Assembly: GCA_964247135.1 (NCBI GenBank)
Contig: CAXTTL010000038.1
Location: 1 to 26,852 of the forward strand
DNA length: 26,852 bases
Origin: an uncultured Deinococcales bacterium
GTDB taxonomy: Bacteria > Deinococcota > Deinococci > Deinococcales > JAAFIG01
Direction of reading: 5' to 3'
Position numbers and translations under genes: made by a program. The notes below the pieces were generated by a model. It worked only from the letters and a program-made list of their open reading frames with translations, did no database searches and was not told where the DNA came from. How positions within the stretch are numbered: the stretch's first letter is position 1; every line of letters begins with the position of its first letter. This document shows, in pieces, positions 1 through 8,153 of the stretch.

Positions 1-1530
1 CGGGTGAGCCACCGCCACGTTCATGACGCCCAACATTTCGCCGCCCGCCTGAATTGGGATGGTCGCCCCAGCCCAGTTTTTGGGAATCAAGGCTCGAGAG
101 GCTTCGAGGATGTTGGGGTTGTTGTAGAGGTCTGGGATGCGCTGAGAGGTTTTGGTCTGCATGGCGATGGTCGCCACGCTGTGCCCTGGACGGTCTGAGA
201 CTTTTGGCAGTTCGCTAAGCCAGCCCAGCGAACTCGAGACCATCAGTTTGTTGTTTTCGGGGTCGAACAGCACGATGCTGCCCGCGTCGGTCTCGAGGCT
301 GAGCAGCACTTCACCGAGCAGGCTGTCGGTCAGTTGTTGAATGTCATCGGTTTCGCGCAGTCGCCAAGCGATTTTTTGGATCAGTTCCAGTTCGCGCTGG
401 TACTCTTGGGCTTCGGTCACGTCTTGTTTGATCGCAATAAAGTGCAGGGTTTCGTTCTGTTCATTTTTGACCGGCGTCACGGTCATCTCTTCGATGTATT
501 GACTGGCGTCTTTGCGTTGGTTGGTCAGCCGCCCATGCCAAACCTGACCGTTCAGAATCGTGTCCCAGAGTTCCTGGTAGGCACTTTCGGATTGCTGTTT
601 TGATTTTAAAAAATTCAGATGTTGACCCTTTGTTTCCTCCAGGCTGTAACCCGTCAGGGCATTGAACGCCGAGTTCGCCCATTCGATCAGACCAGCCTTG
701 TCGGCAATCACGATGGCATTCGCGGCAGACTCGAGGGCAACCGCTTGAAGCTTTAACTGCGCCTCTGCCAGGTAGCGCTCGGTGGTGTCGTGAACAATCG
801 AGTAGACCATCGGACGACCATCCACGGTGACCGGACCGCTGTAAATTTCGACGTTGCGAATTTCAGAATTCTTAAGCCGATGCCGAGACTGAAAGAATTC
901 GCGTTGCCCTTGAAAAGCATTTTGGACATCCTCGAGCAGGAGTTCAAATGGCAAGGTGTGAATATCAGACAGGTTAAGCTGGGTAAATTCCTCGAGCGAA
1001 TAACCGTAAAATTCGCAGGCGGCAGGGTTGGCATCGAGAATGTCCATTGTTTGGGGATCAATAAAAAGCATGAGCGCATGGTTAGAGTAAAACATCGAGC
1101 GGTAACGCCATTCGCTTTCCCGCAAGGCAACTTGGGTGCTTTGAAGGGTTTTGCGCTCGTTTTGATGGGTTAAGGCTCGGGTGACGGTGGTCGAAAGTTG
1201 TGCCAGGTGTTGCGGGGTTTTGAGGATGTAATCTTCCATGCCAGATTTCATGGCGAGCACCGCGATCTCTTCGCTGCCGGTCAAGGTAAACATGATGACC
1301 GGACAATCGGGGTACTGCGCTTTAACCCGTTTTAAAACCGCAATGCCGTCGCTAAATCCAAGGTGATAATCGGTGATCACCAGATCAAAACCGCCCCGCA
1401 ACACGGCAGTCTCGAGCGCAGAGACATTGGAGGCTTCAAACATTGAGATATCTTCAAATGACTGACGCAAACTTCGTTTGATCATGTGCAAATCGTCTGG
1501 ATTGTCGTCTACGAGCAGAATATTTGGCAA
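1..1530 (-). CDS. Hybrid signalling protein, REC-PAS-PAS-GAF (partial; 3' end runs off the window)
   Basis: Hand translation from TTG 1530 is open to position 1, so it has no stop and is missing from the ORF track. N-terminal receiver: PNILLVDDNPDD...DLVITDYHLGFSDG...PVIMFT...GMEDYILK. PAS1: ESEWRYRSMF...DANPAACEFYGYS...SIVHDTTER. PAS2: ALESAANAIVIAD...WANSAFNALTGYS...WHGRLTNQRKD...IAIKQDVTE. A GAF-like segment follows (...IPIQAGGEMLGVMNVAVAHP). An alternative in-frame TTG exists at 1572. Confidence 0.88.
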   Translation of the reverse strand, partial: MPNILLVDDNPDDLHMIKRSLRQSFEDISMFEASNVSALETAVLRGGFDLVITDYHLGFSDGIAVLKRVKAQYPDCPVIMFTLTGSEEIAVLAMKSGMEDYILKTPQHLAQLSTTVTRALTHQNERKTLQSTQVALRESEWRYRSMFYSNHALMLFIDPQTMDILDANPAACEFYGYSLEEFTQLNLSDIHTLPFELLLEDVQNAFQGQREFFQSRHRLKNSEIRNVEIYSGPVTVDGRPMVYSIVHDTTERYLAEAQLKLQAVALESAANAIVIADKAGLIEWANSAFNALTGYSLEETKGQHLNFLKSKQQSESAYQELWDTILNGQVWHGRLTNQRKDASQYIEEMTVTPVKNEQNETLHFIAIKQDVTEAQEYQRELELIQKIAWRLRETDDIQQLTDSLLGEVLLSLETDAGSIVLFDPENNKLMVSSSLGWLSELPKVSDRPGHSVATIAMQTKTSQRIPDLYNNPNILEASRALIPKNWAGATIPIQAGGEMLGVMNVAVAHP

Positions 1531-1545
1531 GTTCTCACCGATTAA

Positions 1546-1572
1546 ATTATAAGGTCTTGTTGGCGGTATCAA
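1546..1572 (-). promoter_or_regulatory. Possible sigma70-type promoter for the REC-PAS-GAF gene
   Basis: Minus-strand TTGATA (1572-1567), 15 nt, TATAAT (1551-1546), 15 nt upstream of TTG 1530. The spacer is short. Confidence 0.35.
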
Positions 1573-1575
1573 TGT

Positions 1576-1989
1576 TCAATTGACGTGCGGTAGATGGTTC
1601 CATTTGAGCCAAAAATCGCTCGAGGCTTGGGTGATGGCTTCCATGTGCTCGGGCAGGCTCGGTTTTTCCAGATAACCGTTCGCGCCCAGATCGTAGGCGC
1701 GTTGCAAATCCTTGGGTTCGGTGCTCGAGCTGAAGATCACGACCGGTACGTGTTTTAATTCTGGATGTTGTCGAATCCAGGCTAAAACCTCGAAACCCGA
1801 ACGTTTTGGAAGATTTAAATCGAGCAGCACCAGTCGCGGACGGACTTTATCGGGATTCTGAAAATATTCAATGGCAGCCTCTCCGTCGGTCACGACCTCC
1901 AAAAGATGGGCAAGCTCGAGTTTAGCGAATGCCCTTTTCAAGAGAAAAAGGTCGTCTGGCGAGTCTTCGACAATCAATATTCTGCTCAT
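1576..1989 (-). CDS. Single-domain response regulator, Rcp1/phytochrome-associated-type receiver (137 aa)
   Basis: ILIVEDSPDD, LVLLDLNLPKRSGFEVL, PVVIFSSS, AYDLGANGYLEKP and C-terminal FWL, typical of Rcp1-like receivers. ATG 1989 overlaps the kinase stop (ATGA) and has a GGGAG RBS. Confidence 0.92.
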   Translation of the reverse strand: MSRILIVEDSPDDLFLLKRAFAKLELAHLLEVVTDGEAAIEYFQNPDKVRPRLVLLDLNLPKRSGFEVLAWIRQHPELKHVPVVIFSSSTEPKDLQRAYDLGANGYLEKPSLPEHMEAITQASSDFWLKWNHLPHVN

Positions 1990-4900
1990 GATGTCTCCCT
2001 GGGTTGATTCAGCGACAACCAAAAATGGCTGCCCTTCCCCGGGATCGATGTTACACCAATTTGTCCACCCATGCGTTCCACACCACGTTTAACAAAAGCC
2101 AGACCGATGCCGCTGCCCGGGTATTCGCTGATGCCGTGCAGACGCTCGAAGGGTTGAAAAATGCGTTCCAGGTTCTGGCTATCGATACCGATGCCATTGT
2201 CCTGAATATGAAGTTTGACGGTCTTGGTCTGCGGGTCAGTTTCAGCCCAGATCGTAATTTCTGGTCGAATCCCGACAGATGAGAATTTAAGACTGTTGCC
2301 CAGCAAATTAACGATGATTTGGCGCAATACCGTTTCCCTCGCCAGAACCGTAGAAAAATGCCCTTTTAAGTGAATCGTGGCATTTCGCCGTTCCCTTTCG
2401 TCTTCAAAATCATGAATCAAATCACCCAGCAGCGGCTCGAGCGCGATTGGGGTCAGTCGGATTTCGGCTTTGCTCAGGCGGCTGTACTGAAGCAAATCGG
2501 TGATTAAAATGTCCATGCGTCCCGCCGCACCGACGATACGGTTGACAAAATCTTGTCCCTCTGGTGGCGTGCTGGTTTGGTAATCTTCCAGAAAAGCCCG
2601 TCCAAAACCCTGAATGGCATTCAGTGGACTTCGCAGATCGTGCGAGACGCTCGAGGTGAACGATTCGAGTTCGAGGTTGACTTCGTTGAGGCGCTTGGTG
2701 CGGTCTTGAACGCGCTGCTCGAGTTCGGCGTTCAGTCGCTCGAGGGCTTCCTGGGCGTTTTTGCGGCTTGTCACATCGCGCATCGTTGACTGAATCTCAC
2801 GCAACTCTTTTGTTTGCGGATCATAAATTAATTTGGAGAGTGTCTCGATCCAAACATAATTGCCGTTCTGATGCCGAATCCGAATGGTCGCGCTGAAATG
2901 GGTTTTGTGTTTTTCAACGGCATCTTGACGAATAGCTGCATAAGAAGCTTGGTCGTCGGGATGGGTGACATTAAGACTCAAGACCGTGGCTATTTCATCA
3001 GGACTGTAGCCCAAAACATTGCTTGCCGACGGTGAAACGTAGCGAATTTGTCTGTCAGTGGTCGAAACAATAATGACATCCTGGGCATTTTCGGTAATGG
3101 TACGGTATAAACGTTCACTCTCCTCGAGTTTTTTGAGGGCAGTCACCCTTTCGCTGATATCACGCACCGTTGATTGAATCTCTGTTAATACTCCAGTGTC
3201 ACTGTCTCGAATTAATTTTGAAACAGATTCAACCCAAATATAATGTCCATTTTGATGACGCACTCGAAAACTCGAATTGATATACTCACTGCGATTTTCA
3301 AGTGCCTCTTGACGGATGTTAAGATAACCATTCAGGTCGTCGGGATGGATAAAATCCATCCCAAAAACCTTATCGATTTGAGATTTGTCATAACCAAAAA
3401 CTATTGTTGCCGACGGCGATATAAAATGGATTTTGCTATCGGGGCTGGTGACAATAATGACGTCCTGAGCATTTTCGGTAAGGGTTCTATACAGCCGCTC
3501 ACTTTCCTCGAGTTTTTCTTGTGCAAGGATACGTTCAGTAATATCACGTGAAGACACTTGCAATTCTTGAACCTCGCCGTGTTCATTGCGGTTTATTTTT
3601 AAGATCGATTCGATCCAAATATATTCACCGTCTTTGCGACGCAAACGGCTTTCAGAACGAAACATGTTCAGACCTTTTTCAAGGGCTTCTCGGCGACTTG
3701 CCATGTGCTTTTGAAAGTCGTCGGGATGCAGGTAATTTATGATTGGCGTCAGCATCATTTCTTCTGGCTCGTAACCAGAAAACATTTTGACTGACGGTGA
3801 GACGTACAAAATTGTTGTATCCAAATTGGTAATAAATGTGACATCGTAAGAATTTTCGGTAATGGCGCGGTACAGCCGCTCGCTTACCTCAAGTTTTTCT
3901 TGCGCCACAACTTTTTCACTGATGTCACGTAATGTAATTTGAAGTTCTCTGGCATTTCCAGCTTCATCACGAATGACTTTAACCACAGATTCAGTCCAGA
4001 CATAGCTGCCATCGTGACGACGGGTTCTGTTCTCTGAACGAAAAACGCTATCACCTTTTTCAATCGATTTACGACGATTGATTTGGTATCGCTCGAGATC
4101 ATCGGGATGAATGTAACTAAAGGCTTGAGTCTGTTCAAGTTCTTGTGGCTCATAACCAAGTATGTTTTTCGCCGCCGGCGAAACATATTGAATCATAGAA
4201 TCCAGACCCACAATCAAGATCACATCGTGAGAATTTTCGCTGATCGTGCGGTACAGACGCTCACTGCTACGAATCGCCTCCTGAATTTTGTGGCGCTCGG
4301 TAACATCGGCATAAAAAATCAGTATCCCGTCCGGGTTTGGGTAAATCCGATTCTCGAGCCATCGCGCCGAGGTCGATGAAGGGTCATCGATCACCGAACT
4401 GATGTTTTGATCCATTGCCCTTTGGCAAGCCCGCCCAAAATCGGTATCGAGCGCGTTTGGAAACTCTTGCCAAATGTTGTGACCAATGATGCTCGAGGCG
4501 TCGCGTTCCAAAAGTTTTGCACCGTTGGTATTGATAAACGCAAAACGCCAATTGCGATCAATCACAATCAAACCCTCGGTCATGGATTCGATCATGCTTT
4601 TAAAGCGTTCGCTGCCACGGCTGCCGCTGAGGTTGCGGGTCACCACCAAATACGTGACCTGCCCAACTTGCAAACTGATCTTTTCAAAGATCACCTCACC
4701 CCAATACCGGTAACCATCCGAACGGGTCAACCAACCCAAATGGGACGCCCGACCCGTTAACTGGGCTTGTCTGAACAAATCTTCGGGATTCCAAGTTTCT
4801 TGGCTGACAAAACACTGCGCCACAGGTTTGTTTAAAACCTGATGACTCGTGAATCCATACATTCGAGCCGCATCGGCATCCCAAGAACGCACCAAACCGT

Positions 4901-5213
4901 CCGCATCCAAACCAAAGATCGCGTACTCGACACTTCCACCGACCAATCTTTGAAATTCGTTCAGATGCTCGAGTTCACGAGATGCCAGTTGATCTTGGGT
5001 ACGGCGCGAACGAAGCACAAAAAAGTAGATCAAGCCAGAACTGATGAAGCCAAAAACAATGTCCAGAATAATAGCCAAGTTCTCGAGTCCACTTTGACCA
5101 AAAAGTACCAACAAAAGCTTATCCGCGAACACAGACCAGAACATCGCAAATAAACCATATGAAAGCGCGATACGCAATTCTGGTCGTAAGGGGTTCAATG
5201 GATTTCTAGACAT
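1986..5213 (-). CDS. Membrane-anchored multi-PAS sensor histidine kinase (2 TM, about 6 PAS/PAC, HisKA, HATPase_c)
   Basis: Two N-terminal hydrophobic helices and repeated SERLYR..ENxxDV...HPDD...RDI(T/S)E PAS/PAC units. H-box [11 protein letters not shown]-box [10 protein letters not shown]1 DNGIGI, F-box [10 protein letters not shown]2 GSGIGLA. Confidence 0.95.
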   Translation of the reverse strand: MSRNPLNPLRPELRIALSYGLFAMFWSVFADKLLLVLFGQSGLENLAIILDIVFGFISSGLIYFFVLRSRRTQDQLASRELEHLNEFQRLVGGSVEYAIFGLDADGLVRSWDADAARMYGFTSHQVLNKPVAQCFVSQETWNPEDLFRQAQLTGRASHLGWLTRSDGYRYWGEVIFEKISLQVGQVTYLVVTRNLSGSRGSERFKSMIESMTEGLIVIDRNWRFAFINTNGAKLLERDASSIIGHNIWQEFPNALDTDFGRACQRAMDQNISSVIDDPSSTSARWLENRIYPNPDGILIFYADVTERHKIQEAIRSSERLYRTISENSHDVILIVGLDSMIQYVSPAAKNILGYEPQELEQTQAFSYIHPDDLERYQINRRKSIEKGDSVFRSENRTRRHDGSYVWTESVVKVIRDEAGNARELQITLRDISEKVVAQEKLEVSERLYRAITENSYDVTFITNLDTTILYVSPSVKMFSGYEPEEMMLTPIINYLHPDDFQKHMASRREALEKGLNMFRSESRLRRKDGEYIWIESILKINRNEHGEVQELQVSSRDITERILAQEKLEESERLYRTLTENAQDVIIVTSPDSKIHFISPSATIVFGYDKSQIDKVFGMDFIHPDDLNGYLNIRQEALENRSEYINSSFRVRHQNGHYIWVESVSKLIRDSDTGVLTEIQSTVRDISERVTALKKLEESERLYRTITENAQDVIIVSTTDRQIRYVSPSASNVLGYSPDEIATVLSLNVTHPDDQASYAAIRQDAVEKHKTHFSATIRIRHQNGNYVWIETLSKLIYDPQTKELREIQSTMRDVTSRKNAQEALERLNAELEQRVQDRTKRLNEVNLELESFTSSVSHDLRSPLNAIQGFGRAFLEDYQTSTPPEGQDFVNRIVGAAGRMDILITDLLQYSRLSKAEIRLTPIALEPLLGDLIHDFEDERERRNATIHLKGHFSTVLARETVLRQIIVNLLGNSLKFSSVGIRPEITIWAETDPQTKTVKLHIQDNGIGIDSQNLERIFQPFERLHGISEYPGSGIGLAFVKRGVERMGGQIGVTSIPGKGSHFWLSLNQPRETS

Positions 5214-5428
5214 AAAAATGAATTGAAAACACCTTTCATAAAGTGCGGCGCGTCAAAACTGAACTGGCTTTCAAAACAAAGTACTCAAACGTTATTGTCA
5301 TAATCAGCATAGTGTAGTGAGACTTAAAACTTTATTACCGCTGATTTCACCATCACTTCTGCCAAAACCTAAACGATCAATATCAACCCCAAATGAAAAA
5401 ATCGTGTCCCAATGGGGATTTTCGGTGT

Positions 5429-5546
5429 GCTATGACATTCTTGACCACTACCACCCTGCCTCGGTTTCTGAGCAAACATCAAACCCAAAACAACCAGAGG
5501 TCACAAAAAGTGTTCTCAAAACAACTTGAGATTATTCTTTAACCAT
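5429..5546 (-). pseudogene. Probable decayed third copy of the secreted-peptide gene
   Basis: Collinear blocks shared with one or both intact copies: ATGGT (5546), CTCAAGTT (5530-5523), CTTTTTGTGACC versus CTTTTCGCAACC, TTGCTCA (5475-5469) and GGTGGTAGTGGT (5455-5444). TAA at codon 5, a later frameshift and a degraded RBS. Confidence 0.5.
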
Positions 5547-5569
5547 TCCCCAAGCAGATTGTCAAAACG

Positions 5570-5603
5570 AGGATAATGTTGTGGCACTGAACAGACAATG
5601 AAC
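5570..5603 (-). promoter_or_regulatory. Promoter with 11-bp-period direct repeats (SARP-type architecture)
   Basis: Minus strand reads GTTCATTG-tct-GTTCAGTG-N9-TATCCT. It aligns without gaps to 6091-6124. Confidence 0.55.
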
Positions 5604-5607
5604 AACG

Positions 5608-5635
5608 GTCTGGACTCACTCGAGCGAATCCAGAC
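5608..5635. other. Imperfect inverted repeat downstream of the peptide genes (possible terminator or stabilising hairpin)
   Basis: GTCTGGACTCA-CTCGAG-CGAATCCAGAC, with 9/11 arm pairing around a central CTCGAG. A second inverted repeat CAAACTCG...CGAGTTTG lies at 5661-5690. No strong U-tract. Confidence 0.35.
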
Positions 5636-5707
5636 GCGCAGTTAAAATACCTTGATTGGTCAAACTCGAGTTGATTGAAGAACGAGTTTGTTGTTGCTTG
5701 GTCGGGC

Positions 5708-5827
5708 TTATGGATGTGGAGTAACGCTTCCACCACCACTACCACCACCGATTGGATCGGCATGAGCAATTGAAAGGGTTGCGAAAAGAGCGACCAGAAC
5801 CACAAAAACTTGAGCGAATTTTCTCAT
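5708..5827 (-). CDS. Small secreted peptide precursor A, 39 aa: MRKFAQVFVVLVALFATLSIAHA-DPIGGGSGGGSVTPHP
   Basis: Hand translation; not in the ORF track. AAGGAGG RBS 6 nt before ATG 5827. Classical Sec signal peptide (basic N region, hydrophobic core, A-H-A cleavage site). Paralog of 5943-6062. Confidence 0.88.
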   Translation of the reverse strand: MRKFAQVFVVLVALFATLSIAHADPIGGGSGGGSVTPHP

Positions 5828-5942
5828 GACTATCCTCCTTGGTGCTTAACAAACAGAGAACACATTTTGGCGTTGGATAGTCACTAAGCAATCAACCATC
5901 GAAACATTAGCCTGCCAGAAATGAAGCTAGACGTATCGCTGC

Positions 5943-6062
5943 TTATGGACGTGCGCTGCCGCCACCACTACCAAGACCAGTCGAATATGGATCAGCATGG
6001 GCAATCGAAAGGGTTGCGAAAAGAGCGACCAGAACCAAAAAAACTTGAGCGAATTTTTTCAT
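5943..6062 (-). CDS. Small secreted peptide precursor B, 39 aa: MKKFAQVFLVLVALFATLSIAHA-DPYSTGLGSGGGSARP
   Basis: C-terminal part of track ORF 5943..6269. The true start ATG 6062 is supported by an AAGGAGG RBS at the same 6-nt spacing as copy A. Sec signal peptide with A-H-A site. Confidence 0.88.
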   Translation of the reverse strand: MKKFAQVFLVLVALFATLSIAHADPYSTGLGSGGGSARP

Positions 6063-6090
6063 TACCATCCTCCTTGGTGCTTGCCCGTGA

Positions 6091-6136
6091 AGGATAGATT
6101 TGTGATACTGAAAAGCGGATGAGGTGTACACTGAAC
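6091..6136. promoter_or_regulatory. Divergent control region between the peptide genes and the regulator
   Basis: Minus strand: GTTCAGTG (6136-6129) ... CCTCATCC-gct-TTTCAGTA-N9-TATCCT (6096-6091). Plus strand: candidate -10 TACACT at 6127-6132 overlaps the GTTCAGTG box. Confidence 0.5.
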
Positions 6137-6157
6137 AACTCGGCGGAGGTGAAAAAC

Positions 6158-8062
6158 GTGCATCGTATTTTGGAACATGTATTGGTGGGCAATGAAGCTG
6201 GTGCATGGGCACTGTACCAGCACATTGACCTACCTTCTGCCCTCGAGGATCGTTGGGCTGGTTGGGCATTGATCAATTTAGAGCGGCATCTCGAGGCAAA
6301 AGATTTATTGCTTCGATCTGTGCAACGTGGTTGTAAAGAGGCTCGAATAGAGTTGGCTACTGTTGAACGGTTGCTCGGAGATTTCAAGGCGGCACGTTTG
6401 ACATTGGACGGACTAGAGCACTTCACTTTTCCAGAACCGTTTGATGAAGCCTTGTATTGGCGTGAAATGGGTGTGATTTATTTATCATTAAGTCAGTCAG
6501 AATTTGCACTGACAGCATTACATACTGCATGGGATATCGTTCAGCGCGAACCTAATCTTCAATACCTCTATGCGGCAGTGGCACAAAGTCTTGGTGTTTT
6601 TTTTCTGTCGCAACGTCAATACCGTCAAGCGGCACATTACTTTTCCGTAGCACTCGAAGGGATTTTGGTGCTAAACCGAGAATTGCGAATCCGTTCGCAG
6701 CGAGTAGTGTGTCATATCTACCTTGGCGCATTTTTGGAGGCAAAGAACGATCTTGATTTTCTTGAACAACACATTGCGAATCATCCTACGTTGCGAGGGC
6801 AAATGGTCTATTACCAAGGTCTGTTGTTCCGCGCCACCGAAACCTGGGCAGAATCAGAACAACATTTTCTAAACGCCGCCAAACTCGCTCGAGCCGCAGA
6901 AGAACCCGAACTTGCGTTTTATGCCGAAATCAACGCCGCCACGGTCATGGTCATGCAGAATAAACTCGAGCAGGCAAGGATTTTGCTGGTTCGAGCCAAA
7001 AGCATCGCCCACAGCCCCAGAGATCACGCCACCTGGAGTTGGCGCAAAGGCTATCATTTGCTGCACTCCAAACCCTTGGAAGCCATGCCATTGCTCGAAT
7101 CTGCGGCGGCAGCCTTTGAAGGCATGGATTTGCCTCGAGAAACCCTGGCGTGTTGGTTAAACCATGCCGAGGCTGCCAGACGTGCTGGGTTGCTCGAGCA
7201 GGCGACGCAATCCTTGCAAACGGCGGTGGATGTGACCAGCACCGCCGATGATGCGTTTGCGGCGATAGAGCTGGCGTTGTTGCCCGATTTAAAAGCTTGG
7301 TTGAGCCAGCTCGAGCCAGTTTGGCAAAACATTTTGCTGCCCAAAAACCCTGACGCTAGCGTTCAGGTGCTCGAATTGCTGACGCTTGGCAAGTCGGAAT
7401 TGCGGGTCAACGGCAGGGCAGTCAGTTTGCGCATGGCGCGTACTGTCGAAATTCTGGCGTTTTTACTGAAAAAACCGTATCGAACCAAAGCCGAAATTCT
7501 GGTGGGTTTGTTTCCAGACAGCGATCCCGAACAAGCCATCAATTATTTTCACAAAGCCAAGCAACTCTTGACCGAAGCCATCCCCAGCCTAACGATTGCC
7601 TTTGATGTAAGGCGCAAAACCTACAGCGTGAAGGCTCAATCAGATTTGCAAACCGATTTTATACACTTTCAGTCTTTGCTCAGTGGACGTCGGGATAATA
7701 ATGTTCTAGAGGTACTGAATGCCTACACGGGGGCATTTTTGCCCCATGCGAACAGCCAGTGGGCAATTGAGGAGCGCGAAGCTTTGGCTTGGAACGTGGT
7801 TAAAATTGGCTTGGAAACACTTCAAAGATGGTACGAGGCGGGCGAGGATCAAAAGTGCTTGTCCTTGGCTGTTCGGCTGCTCGACATTGAACCGTACAAT
7901 CCAGCCCTTTCCGAGTACCTGGTCACGGTCACGTTGAGGCTCGAGGGTGAGGTGGCGGCAAAACGCGAGTTGCAACGGGCGAACCAAAAATTTTTGCTCG
8001 AGGTGGGTGAAGTGCCGCTCGAGTTGCGTCAATTGGGCAAGAGGTTGCTTCATCTGAACTGA
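6158..8062 (+). CDS. TPR-repeat transcriptional regulator with C-terminal winged-helix and BTAD (SARP-like) module, 634 aa
   Basis: Likely start GTG 6158 with GGAGGT 7 nt upstream (the track starts at 6119). About 400 aa of TPR-like helical repeats (e.g. AVAQSLGVFFLSQRQYRQAAHYFSVAL, YYQGLLFRATETWAESEQHFLNAA). Then LELLTLGKSELRVNG...EILAFLL...LFPD (SARP/OmpR-type wHTH) and YTGAFLP...W...R...LLDIEPYNP (BTAD-like). Confidence 0.85.
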   Translation: MHRILEHVLVGNEAGAWALYQHIDLPSALEDRWAGWALINLERHLEAKDLLLRSVQRGCKEARIELATVERLLGDFKAARLTLDGLEHFTFPEPFDEALYWREMGVIYLSLSQSEFALTALHTAWDIVQREPNLQYLYAAVAQSLGVFFLSQRQYRQAAHYFSVALEGILVLNRELRIRSQRVVCHIYLGAFLEAKNDLDFLEQHIANHPTLRGQMVYYQGLLFRATETWAESEQHFLNAAKLARAAEEPELAFYAEINAATVMVMQNKLEQARILLVRAKSIAHSPRDHATWSWRKGYHLLHSKPLEAMPLLESAAAAFEGMDLPRETLACWLNHAEAARRAGLLEQATQSLQTAVDVTSTADDAFAAIELALLPDLKAWLSQLEPVWQNILLPKNPDASVQVLELLTLGKSELRVNGRAVSLRMARTVEILAFLLKKPYRTKAEILVGLFPDSDPEQAINYFHKAKQLLTEAIPSLTIAFDVRRKTYSVKAQSDLQTDFIHFQSLLSGRRDNNVLEVLNAYTGAFLPHANSQWAIEEREALAWNVVKIGLETLQRWYEAGEDQKCLSLAVRLLDIEPYNPALSEYLVTVTLRLEGEVAAKRELQRANQKFLLEVGEVPLELRQLGKRLLHLN

Positions 8063-8071
8063 TGGTTCAAA

Positions 8072-8090
8072 ATTCAGTGCGTGTTCAGTG
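8072..8090 (+). promoter_or_regulatory. Direct repeat ATTCAGTG-cgt-GTTCAGTG, a further copy of the putative regulator box
   Basis: Same octamer and 11-bp period as 5585-5603, immediately after the regulator stop codon. No convincing -10 at N9. Confidence 0.4.
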
Positions 8091-8153
8091 TCGTTTTTGG
8101 TTTCAAATGCGAACCTCCGTTAAAAATCGACTTGAACTTGACTGGCGCAACGC

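Noticed and set aside
4-1306. Many short track ORFs suggesting a fragmented gene or pseudogene
   Set aside because: One minus-strand frame is open from 1530 to the window edge and encodes coherent REC-PAS-PAS-GAF domains. The short ORFs are shadows.
5317-5529. Plus-strand 70-aa ORF
   Set aside because: No RBS or recognisable features; it is antisense to the relic peptide copy.
5539-5805. Track ORF of 88 aa containing VVVVVV
   Set aside because: It is an out-of-frame reading of peptide gene A (the GGT repeats read as GTG) and lacks an RBS.
5708-6062. Peptides as RiPP or microcin B17-like precursors (Gly/Ser-rich)
   Set aside because: The leaders are classical Sec signals rather than double-glycine or RiPP leaders, and no YcaO, radical SAM, peptidase-ABC exporter or immunity gene is in the window. 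Not fully excluded if such enzymes act in trans.
6063-6269. N-terminal extension of track ORF 5943..6269, and the 6119 start of the regulator
   Set aside because: RBS position and paralogy fix the peptide start at 6062; the extension overlaps the regulator antisense. GGAGGT supports GTG 6158 for the regulator.
6360-6800. Lower GC in the regulator's N-terminal TPR region, suggesting a swapped specificity domain
   Set aside because: Spot counts gave about 37-42% GC here versus about 60% near 7141-7260, but also about 40% near 7621-7680. The signal is too noisy to support recombination.
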